A stretch of DNA of 64,000 nt from Oopsacas minuta (lineage: Eukaryota > Animalia > Porifera), in contig JAKMXF010000055.1 of NCBI GenBank assembly GCA_024704765.1, positions 757,400 through 821,399 of the forward strand. The letters are read 5' to 3'. Below are positions 56,001 to 64,000 of the stretch, one piece after another. Below the pieces are notes generated by a model. That model saw only the letters and a list, made by a program, of their open reading frames with translations, searched no databases and was not told the DNA's origin. Numbering within the stretch: position 1 is the first letter of the stretch; each line of letters opens with the position of its first letter. The translations under genes were made by a program, and so were the position numbers.

Positions 56001-59000
56001 GCGTTTTCAGGGTTTCGACGATATAGGAATAATTTCATATCTAAGGGAAATCCTAATGGGAAAACTATGGGAAAGTTCATGGTAAATACAACAAAAATCC
56101 TGAAGGAATGGGAATAATATCCGTTCTCATGCGAACACTGGTATTCGCGAATTAAAATAATCAAAGGATCATAAAATATATTGTGATAGGAGCGTAGATC
56201 CTTTTGGAATCTAGTATCATAACCTGTAAGGAAACAATGTAATTAGGGATTGGTGTCTAGATCTTTTTATTGATGATCTTCATGCCTTATACTTGTACAG
56301 GGCAAATGCAAAATCTGACAGAAAATATGTTCTAGTTGCGAATAATGATATTAAGCGAGTTCCTAACATGCGAAATACATTATGCTAATTATGTACAATT
56401 CCAAACACATAAGTCATAATCCAATTTATTGGAAGAAAAGTACAATTGGTATAATTCCAGGAAGTATGAAAATCTACGTGTGGAAATATTATTGCATACA
56501 CACACTGGAAAGGGGGGTCACATAACTTCTAAAATTATGCAAATTTTCTAAAAGGGAGCTTTGAGACTAGAGATACAGAAACTCAGCACTAAAGCACAGT
56601 ATAATATAAGTACGAGCAAAGTGGAAATGAGAACGGAACTCATTCCGTGGTAAAACATCGGTTTGTCCATACTATAAACAAACATGTGTTTTGTATATAG
56701 AGAAAACATAGTCTAAGTTTAGAGAATTCTTGTGATATTCGGAAATATGATTTATTGATATTCAAATTTTGGAATTGAAATAGCACCATATAATTTCTAT
56801 TCGATAGTGAATATAAAATTACGTAAAAACAAATTAGTAACAATTTAAAAAGGAATATCAACTGTATTATAAAATTAATTTTGTGAGTCAAAACAACAAA
56901 CCTGCTTGCATTAACATCCAGTAAAGAATCAGTGGATTCTGTACTAGCATCAGATTCATCACCAGTTGTGTCTAATGCAGAAGCACCAGAGATTTCTGAC
57001 GAATGCTTGGATACTTCAGTATACATTTGCATGAGCTCAGATTCAAAATGGTACTTATCATCTATTACTAAATATGAAGCCAAAAATAACAAAAATTCTC
57101 CAAGCTATACTGAAAAGTGAATAAACATCAATATACCGAATAATGACAACATATAAAATTTCATATGGTATCAAGAATGAGATGAAAGAATTTTAAAGAA
57201 AATTGTGAACTCGGAAATCTGTAACATAAATATCGTTAAAAAGACAAGGACTACTAGAATAAAGCAAGCGCAAAGTCAAACCACTGTGTGGAATGCAGGC
57301 TCAACATTGATTCAACGTAATTTCTGTATTACTTTGAATTCTTCATTACACTTTCCCACAAACAAGTAAATGTTCGATAAAATTATGTAATTGTGAAATT
57401 TAATCATAACTGCAAAATACCGGACTCCTTCTCATTATACGTATTTTTACTAACATAGACAGCAAGTTTGCTAAAGGAACCATATGGACGGTACCCACAT
57501 ATTGGTGCATATCCCGAAGGAGAGCTTGACCCCATGCAGATACACATTTCACCCTAATTGGAAACAATTTCGTGTCATTATATATCCCTGCAAATATGGA
57601 AGATCCAACCTTTATAAAACATGGTCAAAAGCTGGCTCGAATAGGGCCAAATCGTCCAAAAATACCATTAAGCAATCAAATAATGATCAAGACTTGAGAG
57701 GCCATACTAATGCGTTAATTCCATATATATATATGTGCTGGCAATATATTTATAGTGAATGACTACAGTTAATGTGCTAGGCACCTAAAGAATATAGCAC
57801 AAGGGGGATATGCACATGCCAGAATGTACTATTCTGGTCTTGTCAGAAGATTTGTTCTGCTCTTTGAGAATGGATATTTTAGCATTCTGCACTTTCAGAA
57901 TCGGTTTGTTAGAATACTGCAACAGTCAAAATGGATATTTTAGAGTTTTCACTCTGTCAGAATGGCTTAAACTAGTTGAGACTTTGTCAGAATAGTTTTA
58001 ATCGAGGTTGACTTTGCCAGAATAGTTTTAATCGAGGTTGACTTTGTCAAAATGGTTTTAATGGAGTATATTGTGCTCAATTTTAGAGAATGAATTTTGC
58101 ATTAACTTTGGACACTATTGAGCTGTATATTGTTATGGATTGACGAATAGAATATCACGTTGCGGGAATTCTATAAATATTGCTCTAACATAAAACCACC
58201 TTGCAAGTTATACAAATAGTATATTGAAATGCCTACCATTCTCAGCGCAAGCAAAAGTAGCTAGACAATCCAATCAAAGCTCATTTCTCCCAAAGTCAAA
58301 ACTGGATAAAACTATTCTGACAAAATCAGAACAATAAATTCTGACATGTGGAGCTCCCCTTACACAATCACAAATAAGAAATCCATACAAATCCATGGTT
58401 TCAAAGTAATTCAACAAATTATCTGTAAGTTATGACAATTGCCCCATTGAAATACATTATCAAGAGATATACCTGCAATTTGGTACAAAATATGGAATTA
58501 TTCTGAGTAAATCAGAACTTATGGTAGATCAATATTCAGGGCCCTATGCATTCCACACAGGAGTTTGGATTTGTTGCTTCCTCGTATTCTAGTAGTCCTC
58601 CTTAATATATCAGAGTGTTTGAGCCTCGAACTAATCACAGAATCAGATAATTAAACAGTGAATACTGAATTTCAATAATAAAAAACAAATCAAAATCCAT
58701 AGTTCAAATCAGTAGTTAGAATGGGAAATGAATGCATACATGGAAAGTTGGTGCATAAATGATGAAAAATATAGGAAATAGTATAATTACGAAATTCAGA
58801 TTAAACATCATAAAGTTACTTAGAGAGTCAATTATGAGTTGCGAAACTATTATTTTTGTGTCTATGTAGATCATAGAAAAGTCAAATGATTAAAATGTCA
58901 GGTTCAGCCTAACCATTTTGCCTTTGAATCGATATTTCTCGTAAATGCATGAAGGTTGTATCCGCTAAATGCATCCAATAAGTATCCTGGTCCATCCTAG

Positions 59001-62000
59001 AAGTTTTTGGAGCGCGGTCTAATTAAATGCCAAAGAGAATCCATTTCAAATAAGATTAACCATGCTGAAATAATACGTTGAAATGATACTGTGAATCTCT
59101 CTTGCGAGAGAAGAATAATACTACTTTCGAAAAATAAAAATGGAAAAATTCAATTACAGTGGGACACTCTTAATGCGAAAACGGTCTTACGAATTTCCTG
59201 ATAAGACGAACAAAGATTCACATACTCAGGTACTACTGTAGATATACACTCAATAATACTCTCATTCATACGAAAAGAGGATATGGCGAAAAAAATTGAC
59301 TGTCCATTAGGGCTCTTAATAACGAGGTTCCACTGTATCTTCAAGTATCGAGGATCCAAAAGCTCTATTCTTGATTATATATATCTGAAGGTGTAATTCT
59401 AGGAACCAAGATCAATTATTCCATATCTTTGGAAACTCAACATTGTAGATACAATACATTCAAAAATACACGAGCATTTTCACAGGTAATATCTGATATC
59501 CTATAGGGTGGGCAAGTGTAAATCGACTGAGTGTATATTACAATAATTTCCAGTCCTTTGGTCAATTCCTTTATACTTTAACTTATTTGCAGCTGAAACT
59601 CTGCTATTTTGTTTTCAACTAAAGACAACATCCCAAGGAAGCAATGTCAAGACTCACCAGGGGATGAACAAAGGTAGTTATGTAGTATTATCAAAGAGAA
59701 AGAATATCTTGGATTAAAAGAGAGCATAAAGAGGAAATTTGATGGATAAGCGCTTCAATCCATAGAATTATCATCAAGAGATTGAAGAGATTCGAGGAGA
59801 ATAGATCAATGGATTAAGAAGGATGAAAGCGGATAGATTGGAAAAGGTGACGAAGGAAGAGTAGGTGAGGTTACAGAGAGTAGTACAGCACATACGTAAA
59901 GGGATTGAACACATTATTAACAGTTGAACAATATATATCATTAATTGTATGAAATATACGAATGATCAAGCCATATATGTTTTATGCACTTTAACGAACT
60001 ATGTTACTAATGATCGTTTCTAAGTGAAAACTATCACTCAGAATGATGCCCGTGGCCAACACAGTACATTATAGAGGAGAATAGTCAGTATAAATTTACA
60101 CACAAAATAGCCTACTAAAATAAGGCCTGACAATAACTAGTGTATTGATGTGCAAAAATTAAGCATAAAAAACGGGATAAATCTGGGAGTGCATGACCAG
60201 AATAGGTAGAAAAACTGGAAGACTCCAGAATGAATTTGGCATACGCGCGAATCTTTGGCCTAGATCGGACAAGTTCGAGGCTTAGACAAAATTGTGCCTT
60301 AATTATCTATCTTAAGAAACTTGAAAATCACATTTTTAGCCACTGCTCAGGCAATATACGTCAGATAAGTTAATATGAATATCAGGTACCCCTCAATAAT
60401 ATACATCTTCTAAAGTCAAAACTATTACCCAATCCTTTCTCATCATGGAATATTACATCATCATGACTATACTAGAATATAAAATTATACTATATTTTAT
60501 ATGTCATGAAAGTTTAGTGGTGTTCGCTAGACATTGTGCCAAGTTGAACACACCAGAATCCTTATTAACTGCCAATGCAATAATATAACATATACGGACA
60601 ATGGATATAAATTCACATATTATATACCACATTTTCCTAAATAAGAACCCAGGGGCGCATTCCATTAGTGAGCAATATCCAGTATAAAAATTTTGAGAAT
60701 TTTGGATGACACAAATAATTCGGGAAGCTTATTATCCTAATTTGTTGTATAGCCAAATGATGTGTATATTTCATCAAAGAATAATTGTAGCGTTATAAGA
60801 AATACGTATTCACAAGTCTTAGAGCCAGTTTTCTAGCCATCTGCGCTTTTTCAGGGAAATACAGTATATATAAGTATAATATAAAACGTAATTAATATTC
60901 ATCGTATATATATGCACAAGTAAACTTGAATATTTGAAATTCAGTATGGAAACTATAGAGACTACTGGACTAGTTTAGGGTTAAGGTAACTCGGACAAAA
61001 CAGTTTCAGTATTAAAGGTAAATCAAGTTGTGGTATAGCAGAGCCGGGCAATTAAGTTTGACAAATAGGCCAATTTATAGTTCACCGCATTAACGTGGCC
61101 CCGACCTCAGGGACTACTTTCGTGTTCATATGCCATCTATATTTGGCTAATTGAGAATTTATCACGGACTTGGCGTCCATTTTGCATGGAAGAAAGTTCT
61201 ATCCTACGCAGTTCGTGTTTGAACCTCAAATTGTACAACCAGATCAATGAAGTACGGAGAATACAGTACACATCATTAAATCATTCCTGATTAATCATTG
61301 AGGCTTTTTGACTTATTCTATGGTTGTTGCGAAGAAGCCTTACTGAAGGGACATATAATTCGGTAATCGGATTATGAATGACCAGAATTCATCATGCTGG
61401 AGATCAGAATATGAATGAAAGTAAAGAAACAAATCTGTAAACACGCATTTGAAATATATATTCTCGTGAAGCTACTAAAACTGTAAACGATAGGTAAATG
61501 GGCACGAATCCCCCTCGAATACGCAATTAATGCGAACGAATCCCGTATTTGGAGAAATATCAATATCAAAAACTAAATATCGCTCCTAAAACAAAATCAA
61601 AATGTGATATCTTCATGATTATCATTTTAGGTTAACTAAATACTAAAGCTGACAAGTCGGTATCAATAGACGTTCTGTGGCTCTTATTACAGTTTAAATA
61701 GCTCCTTTGAAATAAATTATTGTCAATAATATATATTAGTTATTGATTGGATGCACGGAAATTCTAGCCCGATGTTGCGAACATCTATACTATAAAACAG
61801 GGATAATCTATAATATCGCGATTTGATAGCTAGGTCGCGGCGCTACTGCTTAGTACTTCGAGTTGATCGTATATCTAAACAGTTAAATCATTGAGTTGTT
61901 TTGGTCGCTACGCGACGGGAGATATAGCCAATAATTAGTGACTTGAACATAAAATTTCGCAGAAATTTGAAAATATGATTATCCATGCTGCATCCAAATT

Positions 62001-63888
62001 ACATTTATTGTGGGGGACATTGCAAATACTACGTGGGTATTAGTTAAAAATCTAGGCACATCGTACAACTGGTATGAATAAATTCCATAAAATCTTGATA
62101 TTTGGAAAGAAACTTATTAGTTCAGTCATGATGATGTCAGGAAATTTAGCATAATGAGCGGAACCTATGATTCAAATACAAAACTCCAATATTGTACATT
62201 GGCTGAGCATGCAAGGTTTTGAGATTTTTGAAAATCCAAATATGTGACAATTCCGTCATAATTCCATCATAAGTTGGAAGTTTCTCCGAAGATTCGAATA
62301 TGTCCTAGATGGGCCCAATTCCAATGTAGCCAAAATGAACTTTGCGGTCTCTCGATCTTATCAATGCAAGTATATTTATTCATATAAATGCAGATTAATC
62401 GCTTTGAATAGTCATGTGCATATGTATGTATGTTCGCATGTCCAGAATTGATGAAAGGAAACTGGAAGAAAATAAGGGCTGATTCTTGGCAAACTGGATA
62501 AGTGGGGCCTGGAGGGGACAAGTTCGAGTGTGAAATTCACATATGACGAAATCTGATGTAAATGTCAACTTTTTGGAATCAGAAAACCACAGTAACAGCA
62601 ACTGCTCATACAATATAATTGCTTTTGAAAAAAAGATACGCCTGATCATGCTAAATCTCTCGACATTATGATTTTGATACAATGCAAACTAATCATGAAA
62701 TTATTACCATATCCTGACAGTACAAACAAATCTAAATCCCACATTTCGGATATTTTAAGAATTTCATAATAATAGATGTACAAACTTCCCAGATTAATTA
62801 AAAGAAGCCAAGTGGCTTCCCCAATGTCATCACAGAAGGCCATTAAAAGTAGTTGGATGGACTATGGATAGCAAAATTGTAATATTTCTGATATTTCATA
62901 AACTCGAGCCACATAAAAGACAGATTCATGAAAATATTCAGAGCGAAATGAAGTTATCCGTTTGCGTTATCTGCAAGTATGAATTAAAAAACGGTCAGTC
63001 TTCGAAACCATTTAGAACGTTAGTCAAAATGTTGAAATTCCTAAATGTTCTAAAACTGTATTGGTACTAAACATAAAGATTAGCATTGAGAATGTTGCTA
63101 TTGTTCCCTATCACACAGACAAAGATGTGATATTTTGTAAATATCCACTTATAACTAGAAAATTGTTAAAATCATGGTCATTTCAGGATACGAGTGTGAA
63201 GTTGGCTGAATATTCAACCAGCAGTACTTCAACCATTAATATGCCCAACTTCCCATTGTCAGAATGTCAATATTTTTAGGCCATTCGAAAGAAGAGATAC
63301 GGACATTTCTGAAAATAAATTTATATTTTATAAACTTTAATTATTTCTAATAGAAATTTGTGCATCTAACCAGCAGTAGTTCACATATGAATTTAGTATA
63401 CTTAAATAAATTATTTTTTCCTGAAATCATGGGCATGTATTCCTGCTATATGGACGTTTATGTGTTTAAAATATTATGGCAAAATAAACAAAACTTTTTG
63501 AGATATTTACATTTGAAAACTGGCTTGTTAGAATTGAGTCTCTATTAGATTTGTACTAAGCACACAAATTTAATGAAACATTCTACTCCATTCTAACTGT
63601 AGTAACGCATATAGATTACTGCAATATCAACTGTTTGATCTCAGTTGACTCATTCTGAATTACTCAAAGATCAGAATATACTTTTAATTAATGCCATAGC
63701 ATTTTCTTTCCAAATATTCCAAAATAGATTAAATAATAACACAACTCAACAAGATTTCTCATCAGGGATCACATACAAATATCTTAGCATACTTTTGAAT
63801 GCTGAACTCGAATCTGTAATCAGAATTTCTCTAGAACGTCTAGTTATTCTGAAATCCAATATCCATTTTTTCAATAGTATAGTATTAC
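1208..63888 (-). CDS. HTT: Huntingtin orthologue, multi-exon, partial (5' and 3' ends outside the window); N-HEAT region into the start of the bridge-proximal HEAT region
   Basis: Exon translations align in order with recalled human HTT segments: YLYSIQLLL~YFYSWLLNV; ILYEQLL...RTCP~QVYELTL...RTPP; PITRIIRRICRNLLPG~PLVHCVRLLSASFLLTG; SFWLVRVELCSLLSVIN~SYWLVRTELLETLAEID; LLNDKEPKVR~[10 protein letters not shown]. GT-AG sites give matching phases across seven exons (1-0, 0-0, 0-1, 1-2, 2-1, 1-0, 0-1). Confidence 0.88.
3818..4812. mobile_element. Old non-autonomous hAT (Charlie-like) element
   Basis: Left end CAGTGGTTCTCAAAC; right end GTTTGAGAAGCTCGG (degenerate TIR); 8-bp flanks ATATAAAT / GTCTAAAT (2 mismatches). 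Confidence 0.6.
4974..7284 (-). mobile_element. Chapaev3 (CMC superfamily) DNA transposon, full length, defective transposase (copy A)
   Basis: Termini CACAGCCCTG / CACTGCCCTG(rc), 3-bp TSD TTA (4971-4973, 7285-7287). Transposase fragments: CYICG...DQDKTWAPHTVCRSC...WREP...DCYFC zinc finger, FIDSS, GDLK, YPCFLC, HFLHSH, SEEQGERFHQD. Confidence 0.88.
7542..10084 (+). mobile_element. hAT DNA transposon (Ac/Hermes/ZBED-like), nearly intact
   Basis: 18-bp TIR CAG(A/G)GTGGACCATGGGTC, perfect 8-bp TSD TTGTGAAA, subterminal ATGGGTC arrays at both ends. Confidence 0.93.
7914..9859 (+). pseudogene. hAT transposase with one frameshift and two nonsense codons
   Basis: BED-like N-terminus, TTDLTTD, TTDKGSNI, CLCHRLN, TRPW, YLDP, PLEWW...IPASSAESERHYS dimerisation domain. 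Lesions: 1-nt loss in a T run at about 8323, TAA 9473-9475, TAG 9809-9811. Confidence 0.9.
11355..11878 (+). repeat. Old unclassified dispersed repeat; other copies about 50121-50610 and a fragment about 60105-60135
   Basis: Colinear shared blocks: ATAGCCTA...AAGGCCTGATCACT, ATGTTCAAAATGTT.AAAT..CAAATGATCTAA, TTTCACGATAAA, GATACATTTT.ATATGATATCTC. Confidence 0.7.
12001..13288 (+). mobile_element. Mariner (DD34D-type) element, degraded
   Basis: TA-flanked imperfect TIRs C(A/T)AGGGCC(C)AC(A/C)GAA; 1288 bp; fragments IITGDSSWI.YDPET, WHHDNASSH, HPAYTQDL. Confidence 0.85.
13444..16581. mobile_element. hAT-type MITE (about 390 bp of own sequence) interrupted by a nested hAT
   Basis: Ends CAGGGCTGG / CGAGCCCTG, GGTTAACC subterminal repeats on both sides of the insert, flanks TAGAACA / TAGGACA; related fragment at about 11121-11175. 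Confidence 0.65.
13753..16492 (+). mobile_element. hAT DNA transposon (Tip100/ZMYM1-like), defective
   Basis: TIR CAGTGGCGGCGC / CAGCGGCGGCGC(rc), perfect TSD ATTGTATT. TTF-type zinc finger remnant, ILVDESRDV, QGYDGASVMSG, ETRW, TTALCERSFSCLRRVKTWLR. Confidence 0.92.
16629..18270 (+). mobile_element. 3'-truncated hAT element (ZNF862-like transposase)
   Basis: Left end CAGGGGTCTCGTCAGG; IILDEATD, ATDGASVMVG, CSAHRLSL, TETRWLS. No dimerisation domain or right TIR; sequence switches to a Tc1 MITE at about 18270. Confidence 0.8.
18270..18807. mobile_element. Right half of a Tc1-derived MITE
   Basis: Clearly homologous to 39580-40147; ends GAATACTTTTGTCCCCTGACTG|TA. Confidence 0.85.
23146..26620. 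repeat. Long inverted repeat: arms about 23146-23845 and 25925-26620, spacer about 2.1 kb
   Basis: Manual reverse-complement alignment. Core 23294-23740 vs about 26025-26475 differs at only about 8 positions, with an exact run of about 250 bp; both flanks are visibly much more diverged. Confidence 0.92.
26649..27223 (-). CDS. HTT: HTT exon (575 nt), HEAT repeats
   Basis: Lies in ORF 26637..27296. Acceptor ttattgtag|GC, donor CTCCAG|gtactt. Translation IPGSVLPKQSSLVSIQNSSIKCL...FSHTDP...FHSFWLVRVELCSLL...LQ is colinear with human VLVPDRDVRVSVKALALSC...IDHGDP...NSSYWLVRTELLETL...LQ. Confidence 0.92.
27487..30273 (+). mobile_element. hAT DNA transposon (ZMYM1/TTF zinc finger, DUF4371-like), defective
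   Basis: TIR CAGTGGCGTAGC(T/C)A, perfect TSD CTCAAGTT. Transposase about 27680-30115: RQFNPDWF..FSWLEYS, LLTDESKD, QGYDGVAVMSG, IHCYAHKLNL, AQCERSFSALKRIKTYLRSTM; nonsense at 28286 and frameshifts. Confidence 0.93.
30920..33203 (+). mobile_element. Second, older Chapaev3 family member (ends approximate)
   Basis: Fragmented transposase from ATG about 31284 to about 32950 (FGIPMVRREPKNHYDDCYLC, RQQSGYTKYQCFLCLW, VHYLHNH, LSEEQGERFHQD). Right end ...TTACCAGTG; left subterminal region resembles copy A. TSD not clean. Confidence 0.78.
35971..36138. mobile_element. pogo/Tigger-like MITE
   Basis: TA|CAGTAAAGTACGCTTAATAG ... CTATTAAGCGGAGACTGCG|TA, imperfect TIRs. Confidence 0.55.
36907..38239 (-). 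mobile_element. Mariner element, degraded
   Basis: TA-flanked diverged TIRs (CTAGGGCGTTCAATAAATCA / TCAGGTGGTTCAATAATTCA); HTH...SGRP...ICGKWVSHKLSENQRLARL; 1333 bp. Confidence 0.85.
38460..38880. mobile_element. Probable MITE relic with GGAGCG/CGCTCC subterminal repeats
   Basis: Clusters of GAGCG/CGCTC motifs at both ends in AT-rich context; TSD not found. Confidence 0.4.
39223..40147. mobile_element. Complete Tc1-derived MITE (925 bp) with long (about 370 bp) imperfect TIRs
   Basis: TA|CAGCCAAGGGACAAAAGTATTCGAC ... GTCGAATACTTTTGTCCCCTGACTG|TA; arms are reverse-complementary; internal GTGGCACAAGTG repeats; no ORF. Confidence 0.88.
40168..40650 (+). repeat. Unclassified dispersed repeat; second copy inverted at about 63190-63652
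   Basis: Shared blocks such as TTAGTACAAATC, CAGGAA.....GCCCATGATT, AAGTATACTAAATTCATATGTGAACTACTG, GAAGTACTGCTGGT.GAATATTCAGCCA. Confidence 0.8.
40930..42112 (-). mobile_element. Tc1-like element, degraded, one end retained
   Basis: TIR-like end TTTTGAGACACCCTG|TA at 42112; fragments TEKQKLKRLELC...W, FMQD..L.HTA, WPSN.PDLHPIEILW. Confidence 0.8.
42615..43438 (-). mobile_element. Internally deleted hAT derivative keeping the dimerisation-domain coding end
   Basis: TIR CAG(G/T)GGC(G/A)GATCTA, perfect TSD TGGGGCAC; KILKSYFRSTMTGDRLTGLTLMYIHKDI. Confidence 0.9.
43586..45873 (-). mobile_element. Chapaev3 DNA transposon, near-identical copy B
   Basis: Same termini, TSD TAA (43583-43585, 45874-45876). 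ORF-track translations (82, 98, 146 aa) are identical to copy A; about 24-bp deletion in the 3' non-coding part. Confidence 0.88.
46330..46560 (-). mobile_element. Possible non-LTR retrotransposon reverse transcriptase fragment
   Basis: Across frameshifts, minus strand gives QGSVL...GI...YAD, resembling the QG..LSP and YADD motifs at plausible spacing. Confidence 0.35.
46942..47022. repeat. Perfect microsatellite (ACT)27
   Basis: Direct count, 81 bp. Confidence 0.98.
49317..49528 (-). CDS. HTT: HTT exon (212 nt), end of acidic linker and start of next HEAT block
   Basis: Acceptor tttcctcttag|C, donor CCAG|gtaaat (phase 1; G+GC gives Gly with the 27223 exon). Ends in PITRIIRRICRNLLPG. Confidence 0.8.
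50121..50610 (+). repeat. Second copy of the 11355-11878 repeat
   Basis: Same colinear blocks. Confidence 0.7.
50900..51850 (-). mobile_element. Tc1 (DD34E) transposase relic, element ends not identified
   Basis: HTH...PGRPRVTT, FQQDNAPCH...WPAQSPDLNPIENLW with 34 residues between D and E after repairing one frameshift. Confidence 0.85.
52730..53500 (-). pseudogene. Transib/RAG1/Chapaev-clade transposase relic (C-terminal catalytic half)
   Basis: Manual translation across 3 frameshifts: PLHSHLCVFCWY...EKTGFRIDYPSGDDG.TNTGNIARKCF...IFRVYNS...FRWATITPSLHKLLAHSSELI...VNKHVRRYREKLARK. Matches recalled Transib ND-GNTARRFF and HKxLxH...NK..RRYRE motifs and RAG1 HKTLAH...NKLFRRFRKMNAR. Confidence 0.72.
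54581..55881 (+). mobile_element. Mariner element, defective
   Basis: Perfect 21-bp TIR CCGAGTGTTCAATAAGTTCGC, TA TSD, 1301 bp; VITGDETWVYFYD, HHDNAPAH, HPPYSPDL.PC; several stops and frameshifts. Confidence 0.93.
56902..57067 (-). CDS. HTT: HTT exon (166 nt), Ser/Asp/Glu-rich disordered linker
   Basis: Acceptor catatttag|TA (alternative in-phase AG at 57061), donor AGCAG|gtttgt is phase 2 and matches the 49528 acceptor. Acidic low-complexity composition is as expected at this position. Support is composition and phase, not sequence identity. Confidence 0.68.
57980..58066. repeat. 30-bp minisatellite (about 3 units, degenerate units upstream to about 57830)
   Basis: GACTTTG(T/C)CAGAATAGTTTTAATCGAGGTT repeated head to tail. 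Confidence 0.85.
59157..59335. mobile_element. pogo/Tigger-like MITE (179 bp)
   Basis: TA|CAGTGGGACACTCTTAAT ... TTAATAACGAGGTTCCACTG|TA. Confidence 0.7.
62463..62688 (-). CDS. HTT: Probable HTT exon (boundaries tentative)
   Basis: KAIILYEQLLLLWFSDSKKLTFTSDFVICEFHTRTCPLQAPL ~ human [40 protein letters not shown]. Candidate gattag|TTT acceptor and TCCA|gtttcc donor. Confidence 0.6.
62724..62861 (-). CDS. HTT: Probable HTT exon (donor tentative)
   Basis: Acceptor ttttgctatccatag|TCC. SIQLLLMAFCDDIGEATWLLLINLGSLYIYYYEIL ~ human [37 protein letters not shown]. Confidence 0.55.
63190..63652 (-). repeat. Copy of the 40168-40650 repeat, inside the 0.9-kb HTT intron
   Basis: Reverse-complement match to 40168-40650. 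Confidence 0.8.
63773..63888 (-). CDS. HTT: Probable HTT exon (acceptor weak)
   Basis: NTILLKKWILDFRITRRSREILITDSSSAFKSMLRYLY ~ human [42 protein letters not shown]. Donor TAT|gtgatc joins the 62861 exon as YLY|SIQLL. Confidence 0.5.
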
Positions 63889-64000
63889 CTAGTTACCAAA
63901 TTGCTATATTTGCATGCCTATTTTGATTCAATTATCTGGAATATAAATGACTTTACTTATTTGAATTCAAGCAAATCAAATTATAAACATGCATCGTAAT

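Noticed and set aside
47112-56130. ATGGGAA/TTCCCAT-rich patches at about 47112-47465 and 55890-56130 as a defined MITE family
   Set aside because: Probably MITE relics, but TIRs and TSDs could not be fixed, so they are not listed as features.
57830-58066. 30-bp repeats as a CRISPR-like array
   Set aside because: Units are head-to-tail with no unique spacers, there are no cas genes, and the context is eukaryotic.
61800-61930. GC-richer patch as a tRNA or SINE
   Set aside because: No convincing A/B boxes or cloverleaf.

Overview
This is AT-rich animal (invertebrate-like) genomic DNA, not prokaryotic. The whole window lies inside one minus-strand gene, a very divergent huntingtin (HTT) orthologue, recognised by comparison with the human HTT sequence recalled from memory. 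Seven exons (63888 down to about 1208) chain in consistent splice phase. Further exons probably lie below 1040 but are not resolved. Two introns are giant (25.1 kb and 22.1 kb), others are 7.4 kb, about 5.4 kb and 0.9 kb, and one may be only about 35 nt. By my tally about 29-30 kb of the window is DNA-transposon sequence: several hAT families (four with perfect 8-bp TSDs), three mariners, two Tc1-like elements, Tc1/pogo MITEs, three Chapaev3 copies and a Transib/RAG1-clade relic. No transposase ORF is intact. The best leads are (1) two near-identical Chapaev3 copies that share the same inactivating lesions yet have separate TSDs, (2) a 700-bp inverted repeat with a near-identical core next to an HTT splice donor, (3) the RAG1/Transib-like relic, and (4) the HTT exon architecture. 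I found no CRISPR array, no RNA gene and no clear new multi-gene system.
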